A DNA stretch of 52,217 nt from a virus (taxonomy: Duplodnaviria > Caudoviricetes). Location: the IMG/VR virus record IMGVR_UViG_3300020034_000023, positions 1 to 52,217 of that record; one strand, 5' to 3'. Numbering within the stretch: the stretch's first letter is position 1; the number at the start of each line of letters is the position of its first letter. Below the pieces are notes generated by a model. The model worked only from the letters and a program-made list of their open reading frames with translations. It ran no database searches and had not been told where the DNA came from. A program made the translations under genes and the position numbers. Below, in pieces: positions 28,571 to 38,588 of this stretch.

Positions 28571-30268
28571 TCATGGGAACACACCACGAATCGCGAAGGG
28601 GAGCTTGGTGCAATCGGCACCGGGTCCGGGCACCTTCAAGCAGAAGTCCTTGTTCGCGTAGTCCACGAACAGGGCTTGGAAGTCCGTCAAGCTCGGGCCG
28701 GTGTTCGCCCCCGTGCCGGTCTGATAGAGGTTGTACTTTGTGAGCGCCGACGCCGTGACGCCACCGATGATATTGCTGCCGAACACGAGCCCCGGATACA
28801 TGGTCACCGGGTTGATGCCGCTCGATCCCTCGGGGGTGAAGAGGCCGTAGGTGCCGTGCTGTTGAATGCTGTTCGTCCACACCATCCCCTGCACCGGGCC
28901 TGCGGGAATTGTGTGCGTGAGATTCGGTTCCTGATACGGCCAGATGGTGCCGTAGTCCCCCGCGAGAAAGGCGGTGCCATCATGCACGCTGGTGTTGTGA
29001 TCCCACAGGATGGTCTTCGGCTGCCCGCTCGTGATCAGCGGCCGACCGTTGCCACCCCGCACCGCCCGATTCATCCAGAACAGATTGTTCTTGATGCTGA
29101 ACCGCTGGCCCTGTCCCGAGCCCGGAGGGAAGCCGTACTGGATGCCGAGGATGTTGACGCCTGCCGAGACGTCCCACACCACATTGTCCTCGAACCCGAT
29201 GTCTTCCATCACGCACCATGCGGCGCACGTCGTGCCGTTGACCGCCATGGAGAGCACGACGGCCGGACCCGGCTGCGCTTGGTTCCAGTGCAGCTGCATC
29301 CAATTGCCACGCGCCATGATGCGCTTGCCGATCTTCACTTCGTAGAGATTCTTGACCACGCGGGCGGGCGACGCGCCGATCCACTCCGCACGCTTCCCGA
29401 GATAGTTCCCCTGCGTGAGCACGTCGGCCGGGAGGAAGTCGGGTCCAGCCGGAGGCACGCCCCCAATGAGCACGTTCTCACTCGCCGCAATGATGATGTT
29501 GTCCTTGATGGTGACCGGCCCCGGCGTGGAGAGCACCGCCACCCCCTGTGAGTCTTGACCGTTCATCCAGATGTAATCGAAGTAGTTCTGGGAGATGAGG
29601 ACATTGATGCCGTTCGCGTTGATGCCGCGCTTCTGCCCGAACACGTTCCCCGGATCGCCAATGAACAGGTTCTGCTTCACGAGGATGTTCTTCGGTGTGT
29701 CCCCCAGCACGGTGGAGTTGTTGTCGCCGATGCGGAGCATCTCCCCTTGACCGTTGTGATTCGGGCCGAACTTCACGCCTTTGATGGTGATGTTCGAGCC
29801 CATGACCCACAGACCGTAGGCGGTGCCGAACCCGCCTTTGATCGTCGCCATGTTGGCCGCATCCAAGGCAGGCTTGGCGGCTCCGAGCGCCCCCACCCCT
29901 CGGTTCAGATCCACCCACCCTTCCGTGGTGATGGTGATGTCGTGAATCGGCTTCGGGAGAATCCACGAGATGGCAAACGTGCAGCCTTTGCACAGCTCGA
30001 TGGTGGTGTAGGGGGCCGCCCCGTTAATCACCGTCTGGAGGTTCGCCGTCTGCGGCACCTTGATCACGAGGGGGGCCGGGGTCTCGGCGGGGGGTGGAGA
30101 CTTCAGCTTGTCGGCCTCCAGTCCCATCAACCGCAGGCGCTCCAGCAGATCGTCCACCGCTGGGACGTTGAGGGGCGGCACCACCGGGGGTGGCGGGGGT
30201 GGGTTCATCTGGGCGGAGGCACAGCTCGCCGAGAGCGTAAAGAGGAGGGCGAGGAGGGGTTTATTCAT
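28571..30268 (-). CDS. Secreted right-handed beta-helix (pectate-lyase-like) protein
   Basis: Signal peptide MNKPLLALLFTLSASCASA, Pro linker, Asn-ladder repeats (I..N.F/I), GQDSQ, KNLYEVK. Confidence 0.75.
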   Translation of the reverse strand: MNKPLLALLFTLSASCASAQMNPPPPPPVVPPLNVPAVDDLLERLRLMGLEADKLKSPPPAETPAPLVIKVPQTANLQTVINGAAPYTTIELCKGCTFAISWILPKPIHDITITTEGWVDLNRGVGALGAAKPALDAANMATIKGGFGTAYGLWVMGSNITIKGVKFGPNHNGQGEMLRIGDNNSTVLGDTPKNILVKQNLFIGDPGNVFGQKRGINANGINVLISQNYFDYIWMNGQDSQGVAVLSTPGPVTIKDNIIIAASENVLIGGVPPAGPDFLPADVLTQGNYLGKRAEWIGASPARVVKNLYEVKIGKRIMARGNWMQLHWNQAQPGPAVVLSMAVNGTTCAAWCVMEDIGFEDNVVWDVSAGVNILGIQYGFPPGSGQGQRFSIKNNLFWMNRAVRGGNGRPLITSGQPKTILWDHNTSVHDGTAFLAGDYGTIWPYQEPNLTHTIPAGPVQGMVWTNSIQQHGTYGLFTPEGSSGINPVTMYPGLVFGSNIIGGVTASALTKYNLYQTGTGANTGPSLTDFQALFVDYANKDFCLKVPGPGADCTKLPFAIRGVFP

Positions 30269-30301
30269 TCGGAAACTTTCTGAGACACGCACTCTACCGG
30301 C

Positions 30302-30685
30302 TCAATAGGAGCGGGCACGGGCGTCGGGGTCTCGGGTGAGTGATCCCACGATAGCATGGAAGAGGATGTCTTGGTGTTGTTGTGCGGGGGTCAGTTCATC
30401 CCATGGTCGGATACTGGGATGTTCCTTCTGGAGGGGATCTTTCTCCGGGCCGTACCGCCATCCTTGATTCGTATGCGTGATCAGCCATGCCGCATGGATA
30501 TCTCTGGGCTGCCACCACCGGGTGGCGGTCTCGATCACCACCACACGGAGACGATCTCGCTCCGCCTGTGGGGCATACTCCCATGCAGGGATATTCTCCT
30601 CCCGCAAAACGAAGCGAGAATAGGCCCGATATGCCTCATACGCAATCGCACAGGCTTGCTCAATACTGACGACGAGGTGACGCAT
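30302..30685 (-). CDS. RyR-domain phage protein
   Basis: H.AW......GW.YGP.KD...KEHP...PWDEL...Q..D. Confidence 0.8.
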   Translation of the reverse strand: MRHLVVSIEQACAIAYEAYRAYSRFVLREENIPAWEYAPQAERDRLRVVVIETATRWWQPRDIHAAWLITHTNQGWRYGPEKDPLQKEHPSIRPWDELTPAQQHQDILFHAIVGSLTRDPDARARSY

Positions 30686-31239
30686 CGTGGTGACTCCTTC
30701 ACACGCAATCTACACGTGGGGATCTACACCCGTAGAATGTTAATCGGTCTTCTCCACATACACCTCTTCGAGCTTCTCAAACTGGTCGTCGGAGAGGTGG
30801 CGGTGAGATTCAAACTGCTCGTTGACGGTGGCGAGGAAGTTCTCCTCCCACTTGGACAGGGGATGCCGGGGTGAGTCGAGGGCGTCCAACATGTGTTGGA
30901 TAGTTTCGTGGGTTTTCTTCGTGCGTGGGGGCATAGAACACCTCCTGTGGTTCAGGGGCTCGTGAATAGAATTTGCAGTGGGTCGCAGTGCCCGCCATAT
31001 CGAGCGGGGCGGTAGGGCAGAGTTCTCGGCTGGTACACCAGCCACGATCAGACAGACCGCGCGTCCATCTGTTATGTGCCCAGATCCCGTAGTCTTTCTT
31101 CCAATGTACGCACGATTCGCACTGGGGCATAGGCAGCCGCCTTCTGAAGGGAGGGAGGGAAGGCAGACAGTCTAGCACACAACGACAAACGGGGGACAAA
31201 TTTCTAGCTAGGTGGGGGGAACGTCCGGGGCAGGCGTGG

Positions 31240-31253
31240 TGCAATTGATTGCA
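31240..31253. promoter_or_regulatory. TGCA-box inside an intergenic hairpin
   Basis: Exact consensus match; flanked by GAACGTCCG/CGGACGTTC. Confidence 0.8.
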
Positions 31254-31306
31254 CGCGTGAAAAATGCGGGGCTTGGGTCGGACGTTCACCCTTACCCCGC
31301 CGTGGA

Positions 31307-32131
31307 CTAACCTTCGGGGGTGTCCTCTTCCTTGGCCGTCCCCGCAGGGGCGACCGAGATGTCGTAGTCGGGGAACAGATCCGCGACCCGCTTGAGAATC
31401 ACCTCAAACCCGGTGGCCTCGATCACTTCATCGAGACTGAAGGGCTTGTTGATCACCGTGTTGCCGCCGACGTATCCGGCGCAGATGTTCTCCAGTGCCA
31501 CCGTATCGAACTCGGTGTGGAGTTCCCCCTTCGCCTTCGCCAGCGCCTGCTGGACCACATCGTGCTGGTCGGCCTTCAGCTTGAACTTGATGGTGACCAC
31601 TTCGTCGGTCGTCTTCGCGGTCTTGTCACCTTCGTCCGAGGGCTGTCCGGCCTTGAGCATGGCCTGCAATTCGAGCACGGTGGCATGCTCGGCCTTCGCC
31701 ACCCACTCATCGACGTTCTCGGGGGTGAGCACCAGCGCCAGATCCTTCAGCTTGGTCCACCCGAGATGCCCCACCTTTTCCCACGGAATCTGCTTCGTGA
31801 CCAGATTGTCGTAGATGGTGATGAGGTAACGCGCCTTGCGGCTCTGAAACCCGTAGTGTTCGAGCACGAATGCCTCGAAACTCTCGGACCCCTCGAACCA
31901 CGAGTTGTCGTTGATCAACTTCAGACAGCCGCCCATCTTGAAGTAGTTGGTCTCGATGTTGTCGGCGAGACGCTCCGCCTCGTTCAGCGCCTTGGTCTTG
32001 GAATAGCTCTCGACTTCGTGAGCAATGTCCATGAGCAAGTTGCCGGTCTTTTCGACCTTCGGCTTCGTGGCCTTGGCCGGGGCGACCTCCGTGGCGACGG
32101 CTCCCTCGGTCTCTGCTGTTGCTGCTGCCAT
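31307..32131 (-). CDS. Hypothetical protein (DUF3102-like N-terminal region)
   Basis: G..L..I.....F..F......F..R.A.YL...Y...LGWTKL pattern. Confidence 0.55.
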   Translation of the reverse strand: MAAATAETEGAVATEVAPAKATKPKVEKTGNLLMDIAHEVESYSKTKALNEAERLADNIETNYFKMGGCLKLINDNSWFEGSESFEAFVLEHYGFQSRKARYLITIYDNLVTKQIPWEKVGHLGWTKLKDLALVLTPENVDEWVAKAEHATVLELQAMLKAGQPSDEGDKTAKTTDEVVTIKFKLKADQHDVVQQALAKAKGELHTEFDTVALENICAGYVGGNTVINKPFSLDEVIEATGFEVILKRVADLFPDYDISVAPAGTAKEEDTPEG

Positions 32132-32151
32132 ATGTGTCTCCTGTGCTGATG

Positions 32152-32179
32152 AGTATAACACAATCTACGAATATGTCAA
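32152..32179 (-). promoter_or_regulatory. sigma70-type promoter
   Basis: TTGACA-16-TATACT. Confidence 0.75.
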
Positions 32180-32195
32180 CTCAATCCAGCGAAAT

Positions 32196-32900
32196 TTACG
32201 CGGGAACCGCCTCGGGTTTCGTCTTTTCGCCCTTGTCGAAGGCGATGGTCGGGTACTGCTTCTCCATCCGCTTGAACTTGTCGGCGAACAGCACCGCAGG
32301 CGGCTGGCCAAACAGGTCGTAGGCGAGCCTCCAGTAAGTGTCCACCGCTCCGGCGAGCAGGCTGGCCATCTGCTTCTGACGGTCGGCTTCCGCTGCGGCC
32401 TCTTCCGGCACCGCCACCACATCCACTTCCCGCTCTTCCTTCGTCCCACCCTTGTTGGGGAGCACGACGCTCTTCATGATCTTCTGCATCTTCGGGCCGT
32501 CGAACGTGCCGTGCTCCACGACCCGGAGCAGATCCGTGGCAAGCCCGTTGAGCGTCAGCAGGGCTGCCGTGCGGGTGCCCACCAGCTTCGACTTCTTGGT
32601 GGACGCGGGCATCTTGCACTTCAGGACGCGGCAGAGGATGGTCAGGTCATACCCGACGTCCCCCATGGCGACAAACGCCCGGTCCTTCATTTCCTGCGTC
32701 AGTTGCAGGCCCAGCACGTACTGGTTCAGCGCCTGCACCAGCGAGCCGGTGTTGGCCGCGAGACTGACTGTCGCCTTGGCGATGTTGGTGCGAGCCGTGT
32801 TCTTGGACACGACGCGCAGGCCGAGCTTGGCAGGCTTGGTCGCAACCGTCTTCATCGCATTCTTGCGAAAATTGCCGATAGGCATGCCGATTTCCATCAC
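32196..32900 (-). CDS. MazG-like all-alpha protein, probably degenerate
   Basis: MGDVGYDL resembles the MazG E.GD..WY motif; the acidic catalytic residues are missing. Confidence 0.4.
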   Translation of the reverse strand: MMEIGMPIGNFRKNAMKTVATKPAKLGLRVVSKNTARTNIAKATVSLAANTGSLVQALNQYVLGLQLTQEMKDRAFVAMGDVGYDLTILCRVLKCKMPASTKKSKLVGTRTAALLTLNGLATDLLRVVEHGTFDGPKMQKIMKSVVLPNKGGTKEEREVDVVAVPEEAAAEADRQKQMASLLAGAVDTYWRLAYDLFGQPPAVLFADKFKRMEKQYPTIAFDKGEKTKPEAVPA

Positions 32901-32986
32901 ACACTCCTTGGATAAACGAACAACTGAAGAGTCCCACTCCTTGGCTACGACCGCCGACCCAAACCCCGCTTGGGTGCCATGCTTAG

Positions 32987-33015
32987 AGACTACGCTCCTG
33001 CCTAAAGTTTGTCAA
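32987..33015 (-). promoter_or_regulatory. sigma70-type promoter
   Basis: TTGACA-17-TAGTCT. Confidence 0.75.
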
Positions 33016-33026
33016 TGAGAAAATCG

Positions 33027-33509
33027 TCAATGACGGCCGGACAAAACGCCGGTTACTTTGAGAAGGGCATCTTCTCCCATTTGGCCCATTTGTGCAAGGG
33101 CAAACGCGTCCATGATATCGTGCGATTCACTGGTGTGGCCCCACCGTTGACGCACCGCGAGCGCCATCATGTCCTTCGTTGCATTCCCCTTGCCAGTGGT
33201 CCACTTCTTCAGGACTGGGACTGGGACTTCAAACCACGGCAATTGCAGGCGGCTGAGCACCACCCGGATGACCGTGCCAACTTCCACGAGGGTGATGAAA
33301 CTACTGATATTCTTGGAATAAGCGTAGCCTTCCACTACGATCAAGTCCGGTTTCCAGACACCGAGGGTGTCTTCCACCTGCTTGGCAATCAATTGCAACC
33401 GGAGGAATCCGCGCTCCCTTGGCAAATGGATAGTTTTGCCACGGTCTTCGTCGTCGCCAACGAGGGCCATGCCGGTACAGGTGGCGATGTCGAGCCCGAC
33501 CGTTCTCAT
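33027..33509 (-). CDS. ruvC: RuvC-like Holliday junction resolvase
   Basis: VGLD....TG, VVEG, KK..TGKGNATK, D..DA. Confidence 0.9.
   Translation of the reverse strand: MRTVGLDIATCTGMALVGDDEDRGKTIHLPRERGFLRLQLIAKQVEDTLGVWKPDLIVVEGYAYSKNISSFITLVEVGTVIRVVLSRLQLPWFEVPVPVLKKWTTGKGNATKDMMALAVRQRWGHTSESHDIMDAFALAQMGQMGEDALLKVTGVLSGRH
33384..33397. promoter_or_regulatory. TGCA-box, intragenic, 1 mismatch
   Basis: GGCAATCAATTGCA. Confidence 0.55.
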
Positions 33510-33827
33510 GGTCCGGGTTGGGCTCCGGCGAAAATGGACACCGGCACGGTGACCCAGTACCGGGAGAACACGACCACGTTACCGTCCTTTTCGAGCGATG
33601 TCAGATACTCTTTGGCTCGTTCCAACGTAAAGGACGTTCCCTCTTGATCCGTCACCGTGTAGGTTTCAATACAGACCCGGCGAAAGGTCTTCAAAAACCC
33701 ACCCTCCGCCAGAGCTTGACTGGTCCGGGCCACCCGCAGTGCTTGCAGGTGGGGTACTCAAACAACCCCTGTGACCCAAGGTGCCACTCCCACGAGTGGC
33801 GCTGCCAGCGCAACCAGCAATGGAATA

Positions 33828-34721
33828 TCATAGGGCCTCCCACATGACTTGGGCCGGGTGCTGGCCAGAAAAGCATTCCTGACAAACACTGCACTTTTTG
33901 GCAATCGGGTCGAGCGCCGTGCCACAGATCCCCGAAGGCATCTTCTGCTCCTCCCGAAAGAGCTGCACGGCACGGGCCTTCTGCAAGAGGGTCACGAGCG
34001 GTGCGTCTTCCCGCTTGACGATGTACTCCTTGAAGGGCAGGATTTCATTCCACTGGGCATTGAGCTTACCGTAGCCCCGGCTCACGTAGAGCACACGCCC
34101 CTCCGCCTGATTGATCTTGTCCTTGTAGACGCTGTTGGACTCCGCCACGAGCTTCAGATAGAGGTTGGTGCGCAACCGGTGCTCCGGCTGCGGCATGACC
34201 AGCACGTCGAAGTCTGTGGGATTGAGGGTCTTCACCTCGGTCACCACCAGCTTCGGTGCGCCGACATCGAACAGGACATCCGGGCTGCCGCTCATGCCCC
34301 CCGCCTCAAACTGCACCTGCCGGTAGGCCCACCAGTGCTTCGAGCCATCCTTGCAGTACCCATTCGGCTTGCACACCATGGTGCGCTGGGCGTTACACTT
34401 CCGACACTCCCAGTTCCCAATGGCCGCGTCCCCGGCCCACTCCTCCACCAGCATGGTCTCGGTCGCCAGCCCCATCTGAAAGGTGAAGTCGAGCGCGGTA
34501 GAGAGGAATTCAATCTCGGTTTTCTTGGCGAACAGGTCAAAGAACGCCCAGCGTCTGGGACAGAAGTCCGGCCGGGTCACATCGGAGGCATGCACCACGT
34601 CTCGGGTGCGGCCTTGCTGTGGCCCCCCGAGATGCCGCTTGAGGGCGGCGATGACCGACTCCTTCGGCTTGTTGGTTTGATGGATGGCTTGCTTCAGCCA
34701 GCTCCCCGGCGTCAACGGCAC
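33828..34721 (-). CDS. Cas4-like PD-(D/E)xK exonuclease (start uncertain)
   Basis: HAS....CPR, GSPD, EVKT, C-terminal C..C..C cluster. Confidence 0.8.
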   Translation of the reverse strand: MPLTPGSWLKQAIHQTNKPKESVIAALKRHLGGPQQGRTRDVVHASDVTRPDFCPRRWAFFDLFAKKTEIEFLSTALDFTFQMGLATETMLVEEWAGDAAIGNWECRKCNAQRTMVCKPNGYCKDGSKHWWAYRQVQFEAGGMSGSPDVLFDVGAPKLVVTEVKTLNPTDFDVLVMPQPEHRLRTNLYLKLVAESNSVYKDKINQAEGRVLYVSRGYGKLNAQWNEILPFKEYIVKREDAPLVTLLQKARAVQLFREEQKMPSGICGTALDPIAKKCSVCQECFSGQHPAQVMWEAL

Positions 34722-35333
34722 GTGAGCGATCCCATGAAGAAGCCTGCCCGGTACAGAGCTTCCATCCACACCCACAGCACCACACCCGCGACGCACACGC
34801 AGACGAATCCCTTCACGGCTCAGTCTTCGGTGGGCGTGGGGTTGACGCCGCCTTGCGCTTCCCACGTGTGGTAGATGAGCCCGTATTCCGGCCCCGGTGC
34901 GTCGCCTGTGCAGGCATACACTCGGACGAAGGTCAAGAGGGCCACCTTCCGTGGGAGGTGACGAGCGATCCACCATGGGATCTTCTCCTGCACCATCTGC
35001 CGGATCAACACGGGGATCAGCCAGCGGTAGTACCCCAGTCTGTAGCGCAGGCCCCGCTTAGTAGCCCGCCGTTCTGGCCCTGTATAACGCATAACGACTC
35101 AATTCGTCGTGGGACCGCCCACTTTTGCCCGATTGTTGTCAGGGATCATCAACTTGCTGAGGGTCTTGGGGTGGCAGCGTGGTTTCTTCTTCCGGTGGTC
35201 GCCAGAAACAATCCGTATTGTGGCTTCCATCCACACGGTCACGGGCTCTTCGTCCCGCGCAGGCACCACCACCGACACATTCGCCAACCCACAGAGGTCG
35301 CACGAATACTGTACTACGATTGTCAAGGGGATC

Positions 35334-35702
35334 TCAGTCACCGAGCAACTCCTTGAACACTTCAAGCGGGATGGCGATCCACTGGCTGTGACTCGTGAGC
35401 ACGGGCTTCCCTTCCGCATCTACGAAGGACAACACTACACCGGGCCGTTGGCCATGGGAGACCGCTTCCTTCGCGATCTTTGACAGCCACCCAATGTCGA
35501 GGGGGAGCGTCTGCTTGACGGTCGATTTCATCTCCAGTCGGAAGTTCTCCTCCTTCAGACTAGCATCCGACTTCGAGCCCGCACCCGCCCCCGAGTTGGC
35601 GTGCATCTTCGCGCCCATCTGTCGGCCCACCCGCTGCTCGGACTTCTTGCCGTGCGTGTTGCCCCCACCGGCCGCGACCCGATCAAGGAATGGGTTGCCC
35701 AT
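35334..35702 (-). CDS. Hjc-like PD-(D/E)xK resolvase/endonuclease
   Basis: GKKSEQRV, SGAG...K.D, LEMKST. Confidence 0.75.
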   Translation of the reverse strand: MGNPFLDRVAAGGGNTHGKKSEQRVGRQMGAKMHANSGAGAGSKSDASLKEENFRLEMKSTVKQTLPLDIGWLSKIAKEAVSHGQRPGVVLSFVDAEGKPVLTSHSQWIAIPLEVFKELLGD

Positions 35703-36195
35703 GTTCGTCCACCCTCCATGCCCAATGCACGGCGATCCAATCGAGGATGCACGCCGCTTCCGAGATTTTGTCCGCGTGTCCGGCGAGCCGCATCGCGGCT
35801 GTCCACCACGGGTAATAGGACAGCAGAATTTCACACTCGGAGACCACGTGCTCTCCGGACTGATCTTGATACTTCCACCGACCGTTCACACCGTCTTGCA
35901 TTTGCAACTGGTGATCCACATGATGGCTTCGGACAACCGGGCCTCCGCTTGGTAGTACGCAAACTCGTTGCCGGGTGGGTAGACGCGGAGCCGCTTCAGA
36001 CTATCCAAGTCTTCGGTCAGGTCTTGTAGGAGCTTGAGGCGATTCTCTTCGGCTTCGGCGGCTATCTGGTATTCCATGTTTTCCATTTTCTCTGCACCCA
36101 TGGCACCCAGACCGGCGAGAACGCGTAGAGCCAGAGTGACACCGCTGCGACCACCACCACGATGGAGTCAAGCCAGTCCTTCCGGAGCGTGCTAA

Positions 36196-37428
36196 TCATG
36201 GGCTCTCTTTTGCAATTGGTTGCACCGGGACCGCTTCACCGGGCTCGACGTCCTTCGCGGAGAAGTCCTTCTCCTCCACCAACATCAAAGTGTCGGCGTA
36301 GTTGTCCATCACCAGCTTTTGCACCATCATCCGGAACGTCAGGTCGGCGGTGTACTGGTCAGACATCGCGGTGAGGGTGGGGAAGGGGAGGTTGCCCTTG
36401 CTCTTCTGGCCGGGAGCGGTGAGGTGGAGAGCGTAGCCCTTGGTGTCCTTCACCAGCAGGCCCATGGCTTGAAGGTGCGACTTCACCATGTTGAAGCTGT
36501 CGGTCTCCCCGATCTTCAGGTCGTCATGGTCCGACACGCAGAACTTGAAGGTGAAGTTCACGGCTCGGACGGGCACCTTGGCCTTCTTGATCACCGCGTG
36601 CGTCTCCTTGAACAACAGCGTGCTGCTCGCATTGTCGATGATATTCGTCGCCCGCACGCGGACGCGGAGGCTAGACAAGAATTTTTGTGCCTCACCCCCC
36701 GGCATGGTCTCCGGGTCACCGAACAGGACACCGGGCTTGAACCGAGTCTGGTTGATGAGAATCACGCACGGGTCGTGGTCTCGCTTCGCTTCCTCACAGA
36801 AGGCAATCATCAGCTTGTTCACCATGCGCTTGATCAGCAACGCCGACGATCCGATGTCGTAGTTCTCCACGCTCTGCGCAATTTCCTTCGAGGCAATCAG
36901 GCCCGCCATCGAATCGACCACGAGGATGGCAACGTCTTCCGCGCGCACGAGCGCGTCGCACAGGTCAATCGCCTCTTCGCCGTAGCCTGCATTCACCACG
37001 AGGAGGTTCTTGGTATCGACACCCATCTTCTCCGCCCAGAACGGGTCGAAGGACTGCTCCACGTTCACCCACACGGCCTTGTTCACCGGAGGGGGGAGCT
37101 TCTGAGCCGTAGCGACCGCCTTCAAGGCGAGATTGGTTTTGCAGCTGGACTCTGGCCCATACACAATGCTGTAGCGCCCACACGGAAAGCCTCCGCCGAT
37201 ATAGAAGTCGAACTCAAAGATCCCGGTGGGCAGCCGCCGCACCGAGGGAATGGCGTTCCCCGGCACCGCCACTTTGTCGCCTTTGGTTTTCCGAATCCCA
37301 GCCAGCACCTCTTGCAGGTTGCCGCTGTAGCCCGGTGTCTTACTAGCGGTCTTCTTGGGGGGAGGCTCGGGCTTCGGCTCCGGCACACTAGGTTTCGCGG
37401 ACGTTGAGGATTTGAGGTTCAGGGCCAC
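36196..37428 (-). CDS. recA: RecA/UvsX recombinase
   Basis: GPESSCKT, VVDSMA, INQ.R.K.G..FGDPET.PGG.A.KF. Confidence 0.95.
   Translation of the reverse strand: MALNLKSSTSAKPSVPEPKPEPPPKKTASKTPGYSGNLQEVLAGIRKTKGDKVAVPGNAIPSVRRLPTGIFEFDFYIGGGFPCGRYSIVYGPESSCKTNLALKAVATAQKLPPPVNKAVWVNVEQSFDPFWAEKMGVDTKNLLVVNAGYGEEAIDLCDALVRAEDVAILVVDSMAGLIASKEIAQSVENYDIGSSALLIKRMVNKLMIAFCEEAKRDHDPCVILINQTRFKPGVLFGDPETMPGGEAQKFLSSLRVRVRATNIIDNASSTLLFKETHAVIKKAKVPVRAVNFTFKFCVSDHDDLKIGETDSFNMVKSHLQAMGLLVKDTKGYALHLTAPGQKSKGNLPFPTLTAMSDQYTADLTFRMMVQKLVMDNYADTLMLVEEKDFSAKDVEPGEAVPVQPIAKESP
36211..36224. promoter_or_regulatory. TGCA-box in recA 3' end, 1 mismatch
   Basis: TGCAATTGGTTGCA. Confidence 0.6.
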
Positions 37429-37627
37429 TCGCTTCTGCCTCCGCTGCTTTGACGATCAGAATCTTGGCCAGATCACGAGCTTGGTTAGGGGAGAACACGA
37501 TGTAGCCCTTCCCCTCCTTGTCCACATCCAGCTTGTAATGGTTGATGACCACTTCGTGTCGTAGGTTCGTGCCGACTTCCAAGGTACCGGCCATGGAAGT
37601 ATCTTTCCGCCGAATCTTCAACATCGT

Positions 37628-38005
37628 TCACTCACCTTTGGCGATCTTGACGGCTTCATCAATTTTTTCGGACACCCAGTTGGTGGCGTATTCGTAGGCT
37701 TCGTTCAACGAGTCGTTGTCACACGGCACGGTGATATGCACGCCGATGCGCGCCGACTCGTAGTTGCCGAGATTGAGCGTGCGTCCGCCTTCGACGGTGA
37801 TGGACATGCCGTTCGTGAACACCCCCGGATGGAGCGTGCTCGTCTCACTCGTGCCCCCCGCGATGGTCTTACCGGAGACGGTTTGTTCCTTGGTCACGAT
37901 GCCGGTGACCGGCTTGGATTTCTGGGCCGCGAAGCCAAGGTGCTCGGTGTAATCAGTACCGGTTTTTGGTGGGACGGCTTTCCCGCCGCCCATTTTCAGC
38001 GCCAT
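37628..38005 (-). CDS. Conserved phage protein
   Basis: TLNLGNYESARI motif; AAAGGAG SD. Confidence 0.7.
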   Translation of the reverse strand: MALKMGGGKAVPPKTGTDYTEHLGFAAQKSKPVTGIVTKEQTVSGKTIAGGTSETSTLHPGVFTNGMSITVEGGRTLNLGNYESARIGVHITVPCDNDSLNEAYEYATNWVSEKIDEAVKIAKGE

Positions 38006-38114
38006 GCCAACTCCTTTGGTCTCCGCATTCGCACATATTCTGTCTAAGAGTGACGGGTGCAGGATGTGCAGCTCCCGCACCAGCGCCAACGTGAATGCTA
38101 CCGCGTCTTCGTGA

Positions 38115-38576
38115 CTACCAATTGGCATACACCAGCTGCACGACGTTTTCGAGCGCCGACCGCTTGGCTTCGCCGACACGAATCCCGTGAGTCTGAAAAA
38201 ACGTCTGAAGAGTCTGCAAGAGCGCCGTCTGCTCCGGCTTGAACCAGAGCCGCCCTTCCCGACGATAGGGCTCAGGGAAGTAGTTCTTGCGTCGCCATTC
38301 ACGGAGCACCCACACAGTGATCCCCAACGTGGTGGCCATATCGTTGAACGAGAGTGTGTGCCCGTCCGTCACCGGCTGCTTCTTGGTCTCCCGCTGTTGC
38401 CGAGACCGTGCGAGCGCCTTCGCGCGATATTCCGGGTCTTCCCGATACCGTTTGGCCCGCTTCTCGGACAGTCGGTCCTTATTGGCTTCGTACCATGCGT
38501 CCCAGCTGAACCCCGGCTCTAATGAGGCCGGGGCAACGGGCGTGACCGATGCAGCTTTCACAAACAGTAGTGCCAT
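38115..38576 (-). CDS. MerR/Xis-like HTH DNA-binding protein
   Basis: SFNDMATTLGITVWVLREWRRKNYFPEP...R.WF. Confidence 0.75.
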   Translation of the reverse strand: MALLFVKAASVTPVAPASLEPGFSWDAWYEANKDRLSEKRAKRYREDPEYRAKALARSRQQRETKKQPVTDGHTLSFNDMATTLGITVWVLREWRRKNYFPEPYRREGRLWFKPEQTALLQTLQTFFQTHGIRVGEAKRSALENVVQLVYANW

Positions 38577-38588
38577 GCGCGTATACCC

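Noticed and set aside
33828-34721. CRISPR-Cas system suggested by the Cas4-like gene
   Set aside because: No repeat-spacer array or other cas genes seen; solo Cas4-like nucleases are common in phage recombination modules
35321-35326. TTGACA as a promoter (also 5170, 13013, 44570)
   Set aside because: No -10 hexamer at 16-18 bp
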